Shown one piece after another: positions 1 through 14,674 of a DNA stretch of 64,000 nucleotides. Where the stretch lies: positions 198,772,001-198,836,000 of the forward strand of contig OZ024740.1 in NCBI GenBank assembly GCA_964016885.1. The letters are read 5' to 3'. This stretch comes from Eledone cirrhosa. Taxonomy: Eukaryota. The notes under the pieces were generated by a model that made no database searches, had not been told where the DNA came from, and saw only the letters and a list, made by a program, of their open reading frames with translations. The position numbers and the translations under genes were made by a program. The stretch's first letter is position 1. Each line of letters opens with the position of its first letter.

Positions 1-479
1 GGTTAGATGATCACGGATCAAAACCTAGTGTAGTGTTCAATCGATAGGAACGTGACCAGTCATAACTGTGGGAACTCCGTGTCTAAAGAAACCGGGTACT
101 GTGTGTAGAGTTATGTATAGAGAGCGTAATTGGTCTTAACTGAGTGTGTAATACGTCTAGCTATATCCTAAGCGAGAGAGCTCAATGGATAGGGCATCCT
201 AAACTAATGGTGAATGTGCGTGATCGGTCTTTCCTGAGTGTGTAATCATTCTAACTATTTACTAACTAGGTATTCTAATGTGCAATCAATCTGTGAGAAC
301 TCTGTGGAAACAGACCGAGTACCGTTTGTAAGTCCGCAAACAATCTTAGCTGTCTAACTACCTGAGTGTGTGATTGTCTGTTTTTTTGCTAATTTAGAGA
401 ACTCTATGGCTAAGGTAGAGAGGGAGGACTAGTGGTAGGTTACTTTACACAAATCCTGTGGAAGGTTTTCGAGGTTGTA

Positions 480-3205
480 TGTTGGCAATTGCTCAAAAAA
501 TCGCTCTCCTATTGATTAATAGGGGGCTGCCTCTAATAATATTAAAAGTTTCAGCTATTCACAAATTAGAGACGCCCGTGCTGCTGTTATATGGCTGGGC
601 TGAGCAAATTATGGACCAGGATAAGGATTGCTCTATATTATGTTGTTTAAGTTTCCAGTCTAATTCAGAAAGCGCCGTGCTATTTTTTTTATCTAATCTA
701 TTAAAGGTGTGGCTGTGATTATACCATATATCCTTAAATTCATTGGCAGTTTCCCCAACACACCTGAAGGTTCTATCTAAAGTGGAGACCTTACAGTCGT
801 AGACTACGTTTTTGGTGAGGCATTTCCCAGCCATGGGGCAAGTGGCAGTTTTCCTGCAATTACATTTTCTGTTATCGACCTGGGTAGTTCCAGAGGAACC
901 ACGGTACCTCTGAGGTCGGGTCTCAGTTCTTGTCTGCTCTATGGGTAATTTTCCAGGGGTCGGGGTGGGTGACCCGACTCGCCTCACGTGAATCAGTCCG
1001 TTCATCCATAGAGCTGCCATTCTTTCTGCCATGTCTCAACCCCCCCCCCCCCTTGGGTTGTCCTAAGTCTACTATAATTCATCTTAGCTATATTCTGAGC
1101 TATGTTACTGGTTGTGGAGTAGGACAGCTTGATGGTATTCCTATTGAATATTTTATAGTATCTGTGTGATCTAGGGAAGCATTTGTCTAAGGCCCTAAAA
1201 CAAAGCTTAGCTATACTAGTGGTCAGGCCGGTGGAGTAAGGGGGGGGGGGGGTACCACAGGCTTTTTCTGGTCCGATGCCTCTTGTTCTTACTATCCATA
1301 CTAGAGTTACCTGCCTACTTGGTTGCTACTGGTCTATTATATCTGAAAACTGCCTGTGGATCGATGGTGTCTTGGGATGTCTCGATTGTGTTCGGAATCG
1401 TCCCAAATCTCGGAGGCGGTGTATCCCCCGTGCAGTTATTGGGATTACCCTCGATAGCCGGGGTTATATCCACTATGCGCCTGCTACATTTATCCCTATT
1501 CCCTCTATCCGACCCCCGTTCCATTTTAGGTTCAACGGTTGTTTTATCAGTTCTACAATTAAGGTTACAATTACAGTTTCCGCTGGCATTACGGTGCTCA
1601 GACCCCATGTTTGTACCTGGGTGATTGTTTCCATTGGTACCTTCGACATTGGGACTATGAGGCAATACAACATGAAGTCTATATTGATCCTCCCTCGCAT
1701 CCCGCCTGCTGTTAATTAAAGTGTCACTATTTTGGCCTAAGCTATCGCAGGCAATGTTGCTACTACTATTTAATGGACGTTTGAATGAGATTCCCTCGCT
1801 ATGCCCCGCGCGTTCCAGCGCTCTATTATAGTAATTCTAGATACTATCAAAAGTATCTTCATTGGAAGATAGTCCTGAAATTCTACTAGAGACGCGTTTG
1901 GTAATACCGTTAGTGACTATTCTAGGGTGGTTCGATTTTGCGTTGACCTAATTTAAATTCTCGTTTGGTTTGTGGTATGGTTGGAAGATTCCTGAATTGA
2001 GGTTAAGTGTAACATCTAGAAAATTAACTGTCTTCGGGTTTTCTTCAAACACTATACATAGGTCTATGTTGTTGAAGAATTTGCTTAGTTTTTTCCTCAC
2101 CATCTCTACCATACTATTATTATAGAACGACACAGTAAACAAAACGTCGTCACGGTAAGCGCCACCTCCCAAGTGGGGCATTTCCACTCCGAGACAGTCG
2201 AGGAAGTAAAAGGCCCACCAGATCCGTCACCTCGGCCGAGTCTGTGGATCCCATGGTGACGTCAAAATTGTCCGGCCAATCTTTCCTGGTCAACAAGTTA
2301 CCGTTGAACTCAATTAAGGTTTTCCTAGCTAGGAGAATAATGTTAATTTCTTCAGATGTAAGGTTGGTGTGTAAGCTAGCAAAGTTTAGGGCCTTACCTA
2401 GAAGAGTTGGAGAGATCGAAGAGTAGTAATTAGAGATATCGAACCGTATATACTTAGAGCTGTTATTATTCTGCGATTTCTCAAACCAGTTAATTACCTC
2501 ACTAGTTTCTGACCACAATTTAAGCTTCGATCTCCTAACTAGAGTGGGGATTATTTTATCAAGGATGTTTTTACTCACGATTCCTATGTCCGACTTCGAA
2601 GGGGCTATGAGCCTGACAGGTCTTGATGATTCAAAGTTTATTTTGTGGTGTTTCAATAAAATCCCCGGAATTCTAGGATGGAAGGGTTCAGTTTTATCTT
2701 CAATACCCAGTTTAGTCATGACGCTATTGGCCTCCGTGTTGATTAAATCCAAGTTGGCCCGTATAGTTTTCTTGTAGCTTTTTCTAAGTTCTCTCATTAT
2801 CAAGTCGTCATAAGTTACTCTATCCACATCGTACAGGTTGTTAGTTTTATCTGCGTGTACCAGAATGCCGCTCGTGTTCCTTAGTTTTCCTAGATCACCG
2901 TTCAGTCGTCTTAAGTAGTTTTTTCCTCTGAGTGGGCTTTTCCTGAACTTAAGGTTGGACACTATGTTAGACATTTCAGTCTCGAATTCCTCCAGGTACT
3001 TATTGTGCGGTGTGTTTCTTCTGGATTTGAATTGTGTATAGGGTTGCGGTTGATCCAACTTTTCCAATTTACATAGTAAAATTGGGATTTGACCATTATA
3101 ACATTTGTTGTTTTGTAAACTAACTTTCGGTGAATAGTATGTCGGTATATTTATATTTTTTTTCTTTGACCTCGCGTCGGTGTGTGTGAGTGTGTGTGTA
3201 CTCAC
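480..3205 (-). mobile_element. Penelope-like retroelement (PLE), frameshifted RT plus C-terminal GIY-YIG endonuclease
   Basis: ORF 2150-3205 has PLE RT motifs (ADKTNNLY, RPVRLIAPSKS, FDISNYYSSI, FDVTMGS); 1948-2187 has YRDD and VNFLDVTLNL; 559-1032 has CNCR..CP..GKCL.KNVVY..VGET..FK..NH of GIY-YIG type. Confidence 0.9.
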
Positions 3206-3353
3206 TCACACTAACTGTGACTGTCTATAGTTCTACAGATTTGATGCTATGTTGGTATATGTATACATTTTTTCTTTGACCGCGCGTCGATGTGTGAGTG
3301 TGTGTGTACCCACTCACATTAACTGTGAGCGACTGTAATTCTACAGATTGATG
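3157..3353. repeat. Two imperfect direct copies of a ~90-bp segment at the 5' junction of the PLE
   Basis: tttttctttgacc(t/g)cgcgtcg..tgtgtgtac(t/c)cactcaca..tctacagatt at ~3157-3247 and ~3268-3353. Confidence 0.75.
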
Positions 3354-3525
3354 TCCACGTCTTTTACAGCTATTGGGAGATAGAGACTTGATAGTGTTAT
3401 GACCCTAACTGAAGACGATAGCAGTTGCCGTGTTTTGACTGCTTGATCTTCATATGAGGGACTAAACTCTGTGAGTGAACATCGTTAATTTTTCTCCCTC
3501 ATATCAATGGATTTGAAGACAATTC

Positions 3526-3610
3526 ATTTTCACCTGACGAGTTTAGTGATAATCGATCATGGCTACACGATCGATCTATCTCTTATTGAAACATGTGTCA
3601 TGATTAAAAT
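3526..3610 (+). ncRNA. Type I hammerhead ribozyme-like motif, probably in an inverted pLTR of the PLE
   Basis: CTGACGA at 3534; stem II atcgatc/gatcgat plus gata/tatc; GAAA-CATGTG-TC; stem I imperfect. Confidence 0.6.
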
Positions 3611-3798
3611 AATTGGAAATGTATACCATACCTTCGGATCTTTATTTTGATACAAAAACTGCGTTTTACATCATCTAGCTGTTCCCATAAATGGAATTGG
3701 AGATATACAAAAACTTAATTGTGCTAACAAAAATTCATTGGAGAGTTTGACACAACTTATAATACACCTTACTATATAACAACTACATATATATATAT

Positions 3799-4165
3799 GT
3801 AAGAATATTTTCGAAACAGCGAGTGGGTTTGAAATTATTAGAAATGTAATCTATCGCCGTATTTTGACTAAAGAAATTAAAGAAATTATTTAGTCTGATA
3901 GTGGTGTTAAGAACCCTCGGAGAAATGGAAAAAGATGAGTATTGACGTACATGGGAGTCGAACCCACATCTTTGGTTATTCGGACCCCTGTGATACTATT
4001 TACACCAACACAAAGGGTAGCACAGTGGTCCGGATAATCAAAGATGTGGGTTCGACTCCCATGTACGTCAATACTAATCTTTTTCCATTTCTCCGAGGGC
4101 TCTTAACCCCACTATCAGGCTAATTAATTTCTTTAATTTCTTTAGTCAAAATACGGCGATCGATT

Positions 4166-4168
<3 letters not shown>
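3799..4168. mobile_element. tRNA-headed SINE-like element as a head-to-head inverted pair between microsatellites
   Basis: arms ~3846-3992 and ~4021-4168 are reverse complements; A-box-like TGGTGTAAATAG and B-box GGTTCGACTCC; left arm has ~45 extra bp. Confidence 0.8.
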
Positions 4169-4241
<73 letters not shown>

Positions 4242-4375
4242 CACAATGTACTAGAAAATTAAAATTTTCTAGTGCGTTGCATGGTTTTCAAAATTATTTA
4301 AATTTCTGTTTCCTATTCAACAATGCTTCAAGCAAACTACGACAATCTGTTATACACACACACACACACACACAT

Positions 4376-4428
<53 letters not shown>

Positions 4429-4893
4429 TAGATAGAGTACTTAATTCATTTCTGATTTCCTTCCGTTTCTCTTTGTAATATATATATTGAGCTACTGTTT
4501 TCCATAGAAAAAATGTGTGGTCTCGAAATTACCCGTCATATGATAGGTAAAGCTTTAGTTAAATGTAATGTGTAATATACATTAAATACATAAGGATTGC
4601 ATAAGATTTGCCGTCTATAAATGGAGGTTGTTTACGAGCTGTATACAGTGTTAGTTGTTATGAAGACAGCTTAATAGTCAATATGGTCTCTGTCCATTAT
4701 GTTATTAAAACTGAGTATGTGAATTGCAGGAACATAAAGATTCGGAGTAGATACATTAGTATAGTTAGTCACACTCTCTGTATAATATGTGTAATGCCTT
4801 TCACGTATCTTATATAATATCCATAAAACATAGCCATATGCAGGATCCCACTTGTGAGGTGTTATTACTGGAAAAAAATACACTTCACAATAT

Positions 4894-4966
<73 letters not shown>

Positions 4967-5689
4967 CTATTTTTAGTAATACGTATTCCTCTATAAATTT
5001 ATTTTTCCAAGCGTTACAATGACGGAATTGCATATTGACAGAAACACAGAATCAAACAAAATATAGTACTACATTTATACCACGTTTATTCAGGCAAAAT
5101 GGATTCATATTATATTGTTCGGATAACTGATTTCATCGCAAACAAATGCAATAATTCTGCGTCGTATTACATCGAAATACGCTTAACGTGTTTATGTGTT
5201 TAACAATGTTGTAATTCGAGTTACACATAATATGGCTAATTAAACAAACAAGATATCCTGAGATTTTGTTCGGATGAAATGTTTTCAGTAATAGTAATTT
5301 TAGTCGGGTTATCTTTTAGAATTGGACTGTCATAGTAATAAAGAGAATGATGTAACTTGATTCCCATACCCACCAGCGTCAAATTTTCTGGAGACAGTAT
5401 TGCTAGAATTATTTAGAAACTAACTTCATAAACATAAGTTTATGCAATCCATCTCATTGCATGGCATTTCGGGGAAGTATCATTCAAGATAGCCTCGAGT
5501 ATAAGTAATCATTGTGAGTAGTCAAGAAAAGAGAACTCTTTAATGAAAGCATGCATTTTCGAAGTCCATTGCAATGGAATTTACGCCAGTTGGTTTCGCC
5601 GATCAGTATTACGTAGTTCAGTTAATAGAATATGGTTTGATTAATTTACGTGCCAGTGGTTGAGAATTCTGCAGTAAAGATAATAAGGT

Positions 5690-6045
5690 TCCATCCATTT
5701 GGCAGGCTTCCGTGTGCACTATTTCACCCACAGATATATATGGGTGAGATAATTGATATCGCGACAAAATATCTGTAAATCAGTGTTTAGTGGATTGAAG
5801 CAACGTGAAAGAAACTATTCTGTTGATAAAAACAGCGTGGCAGGCATTCTAGGAATAGAATACACGATTATAATTGCCACCACTGTACCTCAAGCATTCA
5901 GGGTTGAGATGTTATAGATGGTACTTGTATACCTTTAGAAAATATACTGATTGGTGATTCATTAAAGTAAATGCAATATAACGGGAATCGAGCTCAGGAT
6001 CTTACGATCATGGTCCATAAAACCTACCAACTAGCCCACGCGCCT
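5690..6045 (-). mobile_element. Decayed tRNA-derived SINE fragments (octopus OR-type)
   Basis: tggattgaagcaacgtgaaa and gggaatcgagctcaggatcttacgatc..ccaactagcc resemble the 16.6-kb copy. Confidence 0.45.
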
Positions 6046-6174
6046 TTACTTGAGAGAATGTATCATATTGATCTGATTTGGAAGTACTTTGTTATATGCT
6101 ATATTTAGAGGTATGGGCTGGCATTTTAGTCCTGATTAGATTGATATTGTTGCTGTTAGCTTTAATTTTTGCAG

Positions 6175-6268
6175 TTGTGCTACTGTAGAAAAGACATGTG
6201 AAGATAACAATTCCAGAGAGACGATGATATGGGGAGGAAAGTCTAGAAATAAATGCTACATGATTGAA
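6175..6268 (+). CDS. Possible internal exon of a host gene (CATVEKTCEDNNSRETMIWGGKSRNKCYMIE)
   Basis: tttaatttttgcag acceptor, gtaggt donor, open frame in non-repetitive DNA; C..W..KCY resembles the start of a C-type lectin domain. Confidence 0.25.
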
Positions 6269-7239
6269 GTAGGTCTCTATAATGAGACATACACTTTTAA
6301 ACGTTTGTCGAACTGAATACGATTCAGTTGTGATACTGATAAACACACGAGTTTATGCGTCTTGAAAAAAGAAACAGTAAAAGCATTAATTACCATACAA
6401 CGAATAATATTAAATTATAAACAAAATAATGTAAGTGGCGTCATTTAGCGATAACATCAAATAGAAATTCAATAAATCAGAATAAACCATCAACGTCAAT
6501 GAATTTATTTAAAAAAAAAAACGTTTTATATTTAATATCGTATTATTGCCTTTATTTACTTTGTTCTTTATTTACTTTCAGTTCTAATAATTCTATTATG
6601 GCGGTTCATTTTTATTTATGTATGTATACATTTTATACATACATTTCTTTTATTAATTTATGATATATGACTAAAAGTGCAAGAAAGTTAATATATCAGA
6701 ATTGTTGCGTTATGATGAAGTACATGGGATAATAGTCTTCATAAAAAGATGCGCGAACTCTATATGCAGAGATAAGTACATTGAATGCTGAAACATAGAA
6801 TAATAAATAAATAGATAAATAAACAAATAAATAAATAACTGAATAAACATGCACGTTCAATACAATAATTGATGTCAAATAGTGGAAATTTCAAAATGAA
6901 ATTAAATCTCGAATAGAATGCGGTGAAGCAGAAAATAAAATGAATTTTTTTTATAAAAGTGGTCTTGTGCTATACACACATACAAATAGCGAGAATATTT
7001 TATTTTCACTTTCTTCTAAGCATTGTACAGCAATGGATTATGTCGCAAGGTTTAGCAAACTTAAATGTAAAGAAGACATAATATAGCGTCGCAATTGAAG
7101 CAAAGATTTGAAATATATATTTTCAGTAAACTGTACTTTAATTTTCTCCTTGAACATGAATTGTGGATCCAAACTAGCGAAAGCAAAGAGCAACCATGTA
7201 AACGTACATAAATATACATACATATATACATAAATACAT

Positions 7240-7299
<60 letters not shown>

Positions 7300-7356
7300 G
7301 TATATATATGTATATATATATATATGATCTATGTATATATATATATATATGTATAT

Positions 7357-7468
7357 AGGAACGAGTAGGACCCCGACGGCTGAGCTCAAGCCGTTTCGAC
7401 GGCTAATTCCGGACTAAATAAATTTTTTTATCCTGGTATTTGAATAGTTCCTTACCACATTTCCTTCG

Positions 7469-7471
<3 letters not shown>
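7357..7471. mobile_element. Fragment of the 45-kb hammerhead family between (TA)n tracts (minus-strand half ribozyme plus plus-strand tail)
   Basis: gaccccgacggctgagctcaagccgtttcgacggcta is shared with 45110 and 46515; the tail ttaccacatttcc matches 46666. Confidence 0.75.
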
Positions 7472-7537
<66 letters not shown>

Positions 7538-7565
7538 TACGCACATACATATATATATATATATA

Positions 7566-9352
7566 GATACATAGATATTTCGTTTCTGAATTTGTTTAGC
7601 AAAATTCTTTATCTGAAAACGTGTGTTGAAACCGATATTGTTATGCTTTGGGAGGGTCATGTTGCCAATAACAAACACACGCACCCGTTGCTTTCACTCC
7701 AATTTATTATAAATTAATTTATAAATAAAAAAAAAATTATAAATTCCCAGTTGGTTGGTTGGTTGGTTCCAAAACCAGACGGTTGTTCATATATTGTCAA
7801 AGATCTTTCGTCACACATTATGTGACCTCTTCTGTGACTCGGGATTTTTTTCTTTGATTTTGTGACTCTCCTTTGTTCTGTCCTACGCCATCTTGTTTTT
7901 GTGTGTGTTGTGTGCGTAGTTTTCGCATGTGTTACATCCCGGTGTCTGTGTGTGTTTATATTTGTTTATTTATTTGTTTACTTACATGTTACTGGTTGGT
8001 TATTTGTTCTATGTGTGTGTGTGTTTTCATTTTGTCCTTAATTGTAAGTTGTGATGTTGCTGTTCCATTCATGTTTTCTATTTAATTTTGGTTGGAGATC
8101 ATTTAAGTGTATTGCCTCTGTGATTTGTCTAAACATTGCGTCTTTTCTGTGTGTAGATTCTATTTTTATTTCTATGTTCTGTAATTTACCCTATGTTCTA
8201 TTTTAGCATGTTGGTGGAGTACAGATGATTATTTTCTATCTTTAAGCTCTCGCCAGTGTTCATTTATCCGTTCTCCTATACTACGAGCTGTCTCACCTAT
8301 GTACACTATATTCTTATCTCTACATTGTCCTTCAGTACATCTTATGTTATATACTACATTTCTAGTTTTGCAGTTAATATGGGGGCTTAGTTTACAGATT
8401 ATACATTTATTATCTATACAGGGAGGTCTTTCAAAAGGGTATGTTTTGCTAATAAGTGTTTTTATGGAGGTACCTGGTCCTTCTACTATCTTAATATTGA
8501 GTTTATGTTTATCTAGGGCCCTTCTAAATTTGTAAGCTAGTTCACCTCTAGGGGTTGTATTGATGAACATTACACGCTGGTATTTATTGCTATCATACCA
8601 TGAGTTTATTCTATTAACCTTATTCCTAGTTGTTTCTATTCTATTCCAGAATTTGCTCCTATACAAGGGGCAGGTCCCATTTGTATCATTATTTACCATT
8701 TTTTTCCCATTTGTTTCTGGCTCCTCTATATACTCTGATTTTATCTCTCTGATTGTAACCAGAGAACTGCATACTGTGGATGAAGTGTTGTATGTATCTC
8801 TCTAGTTCTTTGGGGTTGCACATGCGGGACACGTTTCTCATCACCCGTACCAAATCCGCAATCACTATGTTGTTTTTGGTGTGGTCCGAAACAGCTGAGT
8901 TTCGGTGGATCATATATTCGGAAGTCATGGGTTTGACATAATGGGAATGGAGGATTTGTTTTTTTTATTAATGGTTCCTAACCAGAGATCTGTATACAGT
9001 AACATGTAAATAAACCAATAAATAAACTAATATAAACACACACAGACACCTGATGTAACACATGCGCAAACGAAGCACACAACACACACACAAACAAGAT
9101 GGCGTAGGACAGAATAAAGGAGAGGCACAGAAACAAAGAAAAGAATCCCCAGTTACAGAAGACGTGACAGAATGAGTGACAAAAGAACTTTGACAATAAA
9201 TGAACAACCGTCCGGTTGTGGAACCAACCAAGCAACCGGAAATTTATAAATTCTTAAAGTATAAATTTAATTTATAATAAATTGGAGTGAAAGCAACTGG
9301 TGCGTGTGTTTGTTATTGGCAACATGATCCTCCCAAAGCAAAACAAGATAAT
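7566..9352 (-). mobile_element. 5'-truncated PLE (RT thumb plus GIY-YIG EN) with an inverted pLTR, inserted in (TA)n
   Basis: ORF 8229-8699 has NCKTRNVVYNIRC..YIGETARSIGERINEH; 8689-8928 is thumb-like; 7640-7995 is inverted at 8996-9350. Confidence 0.9.
7796..7838 (-). ncRNA. Hammerhead-like motif in the pLTR (more decayed mirror copy at 9152-9194, +)
   Basis: minus strand reads gtca-CAGAAGA-g-gtcaca..tgtgac-GAAA-gatc-TT-tgac; U4 is A in both arms. Confidence 0.55.
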
Positions 9353-9426
9353 TATATATATATATATACATATATATACGCATACATATACACATACAAA
9401 TACACATATATATATATATATTCATA

Positions 9427-9665
9427 CAGAGGAGACTGAGGTTGGCTGGACATGCTCACCGACATCCAGAGTTGACATTGCACTCAGTGCTCCTTTGGGA
9501 GCCCCTACATGGACACACTAGAAGAAGAAGACCAAGGTTAACGTATGTTGATGCCCTAAGGACAGACACTGGTCTGTTGGAGATGCAGGACATGGCAGCG
9601 ATAATGATGGACAGAGACCGCTGGAGAGAACTCGTCCATGGATCTCGGGAATTTTACCCGCCTTA
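9427..9665 (+). mobile_element. RTE-clade LINE 3' fragment
   Basis: RLAGHAHRHPE..LLWEP.HG..RR.RPRLTYVD.L..DTGL..MMDRDRWR. Confidence 0.8.
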
Positions 9666-9677
9666 GATATATATATA

Positions 9678-9752
<75 letters not shown>

Positions 9753-9789
9753 TTATATACATATATATAAAAGTATGTATGTATAACTT

Positions 9790-12200
9790 TAACTTTGATA
9801 ACTTTGATAGGTTTCGGCCAGTATTCGCCCAGGCCATGCCTAACTTATTAGCACCACCTGACGAAGTCTTACAAATCAGTGTTTGGGCACGATGGTCCAC
9901 ATGAGTTATTGGTTACGGAGCCATATCCGGGTGTAGGAGTCTTATCCGGGATTTTTTGAAGGAATTTGTCCAAAGACTTCTTGAACTTGATGGGGTCTGT
10001 GTCTGCTTTGATGTGTTTTAGTGTAATGTTAAAGACTGCAGGGCCAATTGAGTTGAAAAAACTGTGCCGTATTATTGTTATGAGATGCGAGTGAGATTTT
10101 TGTCGTGGGCGGATAGCACGAGGCGCAAGCTTTGGGTGTACATTAAACGTGGTGCCAACATCATTTGGGCAAAGCTGATGGAATATTTTCCACATCATGC
10201 AGATAATGTAGCGCTCACGGTGACGTTGGAGAGAATAAAGGTTGAAATTTTCTAATCGACTCCAATAGTCAAGGCCTGTCATGCCATCTATCCTTTTTGT
10301 AATTGAGAAGCTTTGAGAAGCTTTAACTTTCATGATACTTTGTTTCGTGTGAGGAGACCATAGTGGACAGCACTATTCAAGGTGGGGTCAGGCAAAACTG
10401 GAGAAAAGAGGGATTACAATGTGGATATCTCTCGACTGGAAAGTTCTGAGAATCCAGGAACACATTCTGCTGGCCATATCAACTTTGCTGTTTATATGAG
10501 CGGCCCAGGTTATGTTGTTGTCCACAATTATTCCCAGGTCTCTGATATTATTGGAGTTTGGTAGTTTCAGGGCATCCTCTTTTCCAAAGTGGATTAATTC
10601 AACCTTATCCTCATTCAACAGCTTATTATTCTTTTCTGCCCATTGGATAACAGCCTGTAGGTCTGACTGAAGACAAGTCCGGTCACCCATCTCATTGATG
10701 ACCCTTTGGAGCTTGGAATCATCTGCGACGATTCTGATGTTACTGTGTTTGATGATGTCAGTAATGTCATTAATGAAGATGATGAAAAGACGTGGACCCA
10801 TCACAGTGCCTTGTGGGACGCCACTGCTGAACTTAGCAGGGCTTGACTTTATACCTTCGACTACAACATGTTGGGTTCTGTGTGTCAGGAAACATTTGAT
10901 TCACTGTAGTAACTTTCCAGAGACAACAATATTGGATAGTCTTTTCAGTAGGATCTTATGATCAACCCTGTCAAAGGCTTTGCTGAAATCGAGGTATATG
11001 ACATCAGTGTCGGAGCCCTCCTCCAAGGCGCTCAAAACATCGTCAAAGTGATGCAGGAGCTGCGTTAGGCAGTCCCTTCCATTACGGAACCCATGTTGGT
11101 TGGAGTTCATCAGGCCGTTGCTTTCAAGAAAGTGGGTTATTCGTGATCTCACCACCCTCTAAAATACCATGATAATATGAGAGGTGAGTGAGATCGGACG
11201 GTAATTCACTGCAACGGACTTATTTCCCTTTGTGAAGACTGATACAACGGACTGGGACAGACAGTTTTCAGGAATATAGCCAGTATCCAGTGAGTTCCTC
11301 CACAGCTAAGCAAGAGGAGATGCAAGTTGGTGTCGACACACATTCAGGACACAAAAGGGGAACCTGTTAGCGCCTACTGCTGAATTGTGTTTAATTTCGT
11401 GTATTGCCGCTAAGACATCAGGGGTGCCAAACGTTATGTCTGATATAGCGTGTTGGGGATTAAAATCACTGATACAGCCCAGATCGTCCATATCAGGATT
11501 GCTGAAAACAAAGCAGTATTGTTTCTGCAGTATCTCGCCCATGGTTTTGGCATTATCCTGGAGTGTGCCGTTTACATCAACTAGGGGGCCAACAGTGGAG
11601 ACGGTGACCTTGTGTTTGTTAGCAAATGAAAAGAACACTTTGGGGTTGAGTTTTATTTTCTCAATGGCCCACCTCTCTTCAGCTGTTCTCTGGTTATTGA
11701 TGATGGTCATCATGCATTGTTGGAGGTTATATTTTTTTTATTCAAGCAGGACGATAGCCATCGAATGTGTGTGTTGCTGTTGGCAGTATTTTAGTGTGTT
11801 AATTTTTTTGTTTGTTCTTTGTATTTTTCTGATAATTGTTTTTCTGTTTTGGGGGATACTGCAGTAAGTTTTGTTCACAGGTTTTGGTGGGGTGTGTTTG
11901 TACATATATTTGTGACAGTGTCTACGCTGATCTGCCAAGATGTTTTGATGTTGGTGGAAATGTGTGCGTGTGTAAACGACCAGTCAATATAGTTCGTTAA
12001 TAATTGCATCCCAGTTGGCATTATAGAGATCCATGTTATGAAATGAGTGGGCTGGAAAGATGTTCCTGGGATTCTCTGGTGGAATCTCAGGTTACAAAGA
12101 ACCTTCTGAGAGAAGGGTTTTTTCCACTGTAATATTATGGATAGTGTTCGTGTGGTTACTAAACACTAGATTCAGAACGTTCTTCTGATGCCTTGTTGGT
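9790..12200 (-). mobile_element. Decayed CR1-like LINE (RT region and 3' UTR with tandem tail)
   Basis: QHGFRNGRDCLTQLL, IYLDFSKAFDRVDH, GPRLFIIFINDI, ADDSKL, FKKSLDKFL; tail of atcaaagtt repeats at ~9790-9810. Confidence 0.9.
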
Positions 12201-12204
12201 GTAT

Positions 12205-12380
12205 ATATGACAAATGTAATATAGAAATGGCTTCTACAGGACTAGAACTGATGATTTCCTTTGAATGAAACACTTCTAGTCCTGTAGAAGCCACTTCTTA
12301 TATTAAATTTGTTGTATGCCCTTAACTAATGTATTGAGTAGATTATCTCCTGTGGTTACCCCCGATTGATCCCTAAACTC
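12205..12380. mobile_element. Small fold-back element with a hammerhead core at the inversion junction
   Basis: 12205-12247 is inverted at 12274-12318 around CTGATGA-tttcctttgaat-GAAAC..GTA; same family as 14597. Confidence 0.7.
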
Positions 12381-12484
12381 ATATATATATATATACATAC
12401 ATACATAGAGCATGAGAGAGGGGGGAAGGGAGAGAAATACGATTAATATATATAAAGAATACTTAAAGCTTCAGAGTAATTGAT

Positions 12485-12655
12485 TCTACTTTTGGTACAA
12501 GGCCAGAAATTACCCCAGTGCATTACTGGTGCTTTATTTTATCGACGCCGTAAGGGTGAAAGGCAAAGTTAACCTCGGTGGGATTTGAACTCAGAAAGTG
12601 AAGGGCCAAAGCATTGTCCCTGACGCTCTACCGATACTGCCAATCCACCGCCCCA
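12485..12655 (-). mobile_element. tRNA-derived SINE (octopus OK/OR-like); related copies near 12815-12985, 21590-21870, 23140-23586, 25647-25680 (+) and 30915-31115
   Basis: shared ggcacaaggccag..ttactggtac..gaaaggcaaagt..cctcgg..ggatttgaactcag..ccgatactgccaatccaccgccc. Confidence 0.8.
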
Positions 12656-12986
12656 ATAATGTAATAATTGTTTATACTTTTGGCACAAGGCCGGCCCAAT
12701 AATGTAATAATGCTGGAAATATTAGTGTTGTTATTGCAGCTACTTTCAGTGATGATGATGTCGATTGTTATAATTATAATATTATTATATTATTTGGATG
12801 GCAATAGTAATATTTGTCCCTACTTTTGGTATGAAGCCATCAAGTTGAAGGGAAGCGGACAATTGACTAAGTGGACAGCAGTGCGTTACTGGAACTTTAT
12901 TCAACCTATTACGAGGAAAGGCAAAGATAAACTTAGAGCGTAACTGAGAACCTAAAGTGTCGTAACTACATGCCACAAAGCATCCT

Positions 12987-13216
12987 TTGAGATGGAGGGT
13001 CTGTGGTTTTTCTGTGAGAAAAACCACAGACCCTCCACCTCAACTCTACTTTTGAAAAGCAGAAGAACTGCGAAACCGGTAAAGGAACCAAATAAATATA
13101 GCATTTTTTTAAAAAATAAGACTCCAGTTGCATTTTCGATTTCATCAGTTTTTCTTTATACTTCCACTCATGTAGGACACCTAGGTTATTTTTCATTTTG
13201 TAAAAAAAAACCTCAA

Positions 13217-13224
<8 letters not shown>
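12987..13224 (+). mobile_element. Short hammerhead-bearing element with a 5' hairpin, ending in (TA)n
   Basis: hairpin 12987-13043; motif 13046-13087 tactt-TTGAAAA-gcag/ctgc-GAAA-ccgg-TA-aagga; second copy at 19487-19725. Confidence 0.75.
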
Positions 13225-14585
<1,361 letters not shown>

Positions 14586-14596
14586 TTTGGACAGCC

Positions 14597-14647
14597 AGAT
14601 TCCTGATGATTTCTAAAGAATGAAACTGTTCTAGTCCTGTAGAATCT
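14597..14647 (+). ncRNA. Type I hammerhead ribozyme motif
   Basis: stem I agattc/gaatct (6 bp), CTGATGA, ttc-taaa-gaa, GAAAC..GTA. Confidence 0.7.
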
Positions 14648-14674
14648 CACCTATATTAAAATATATATATATAA

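Noticed and set aside
1276-1719. Plus-strand ORFs overlapping the PLE
   Set aside because: Antisense shadows of the minus-strand PLE linker
9810-9870. CTGACGA and ggcc..ggcc-GAAAC as a hammerhead
   Set aside because: The two halves are on opposite strands; this is the 3' UTR stem-loop of the CR1-like LINE
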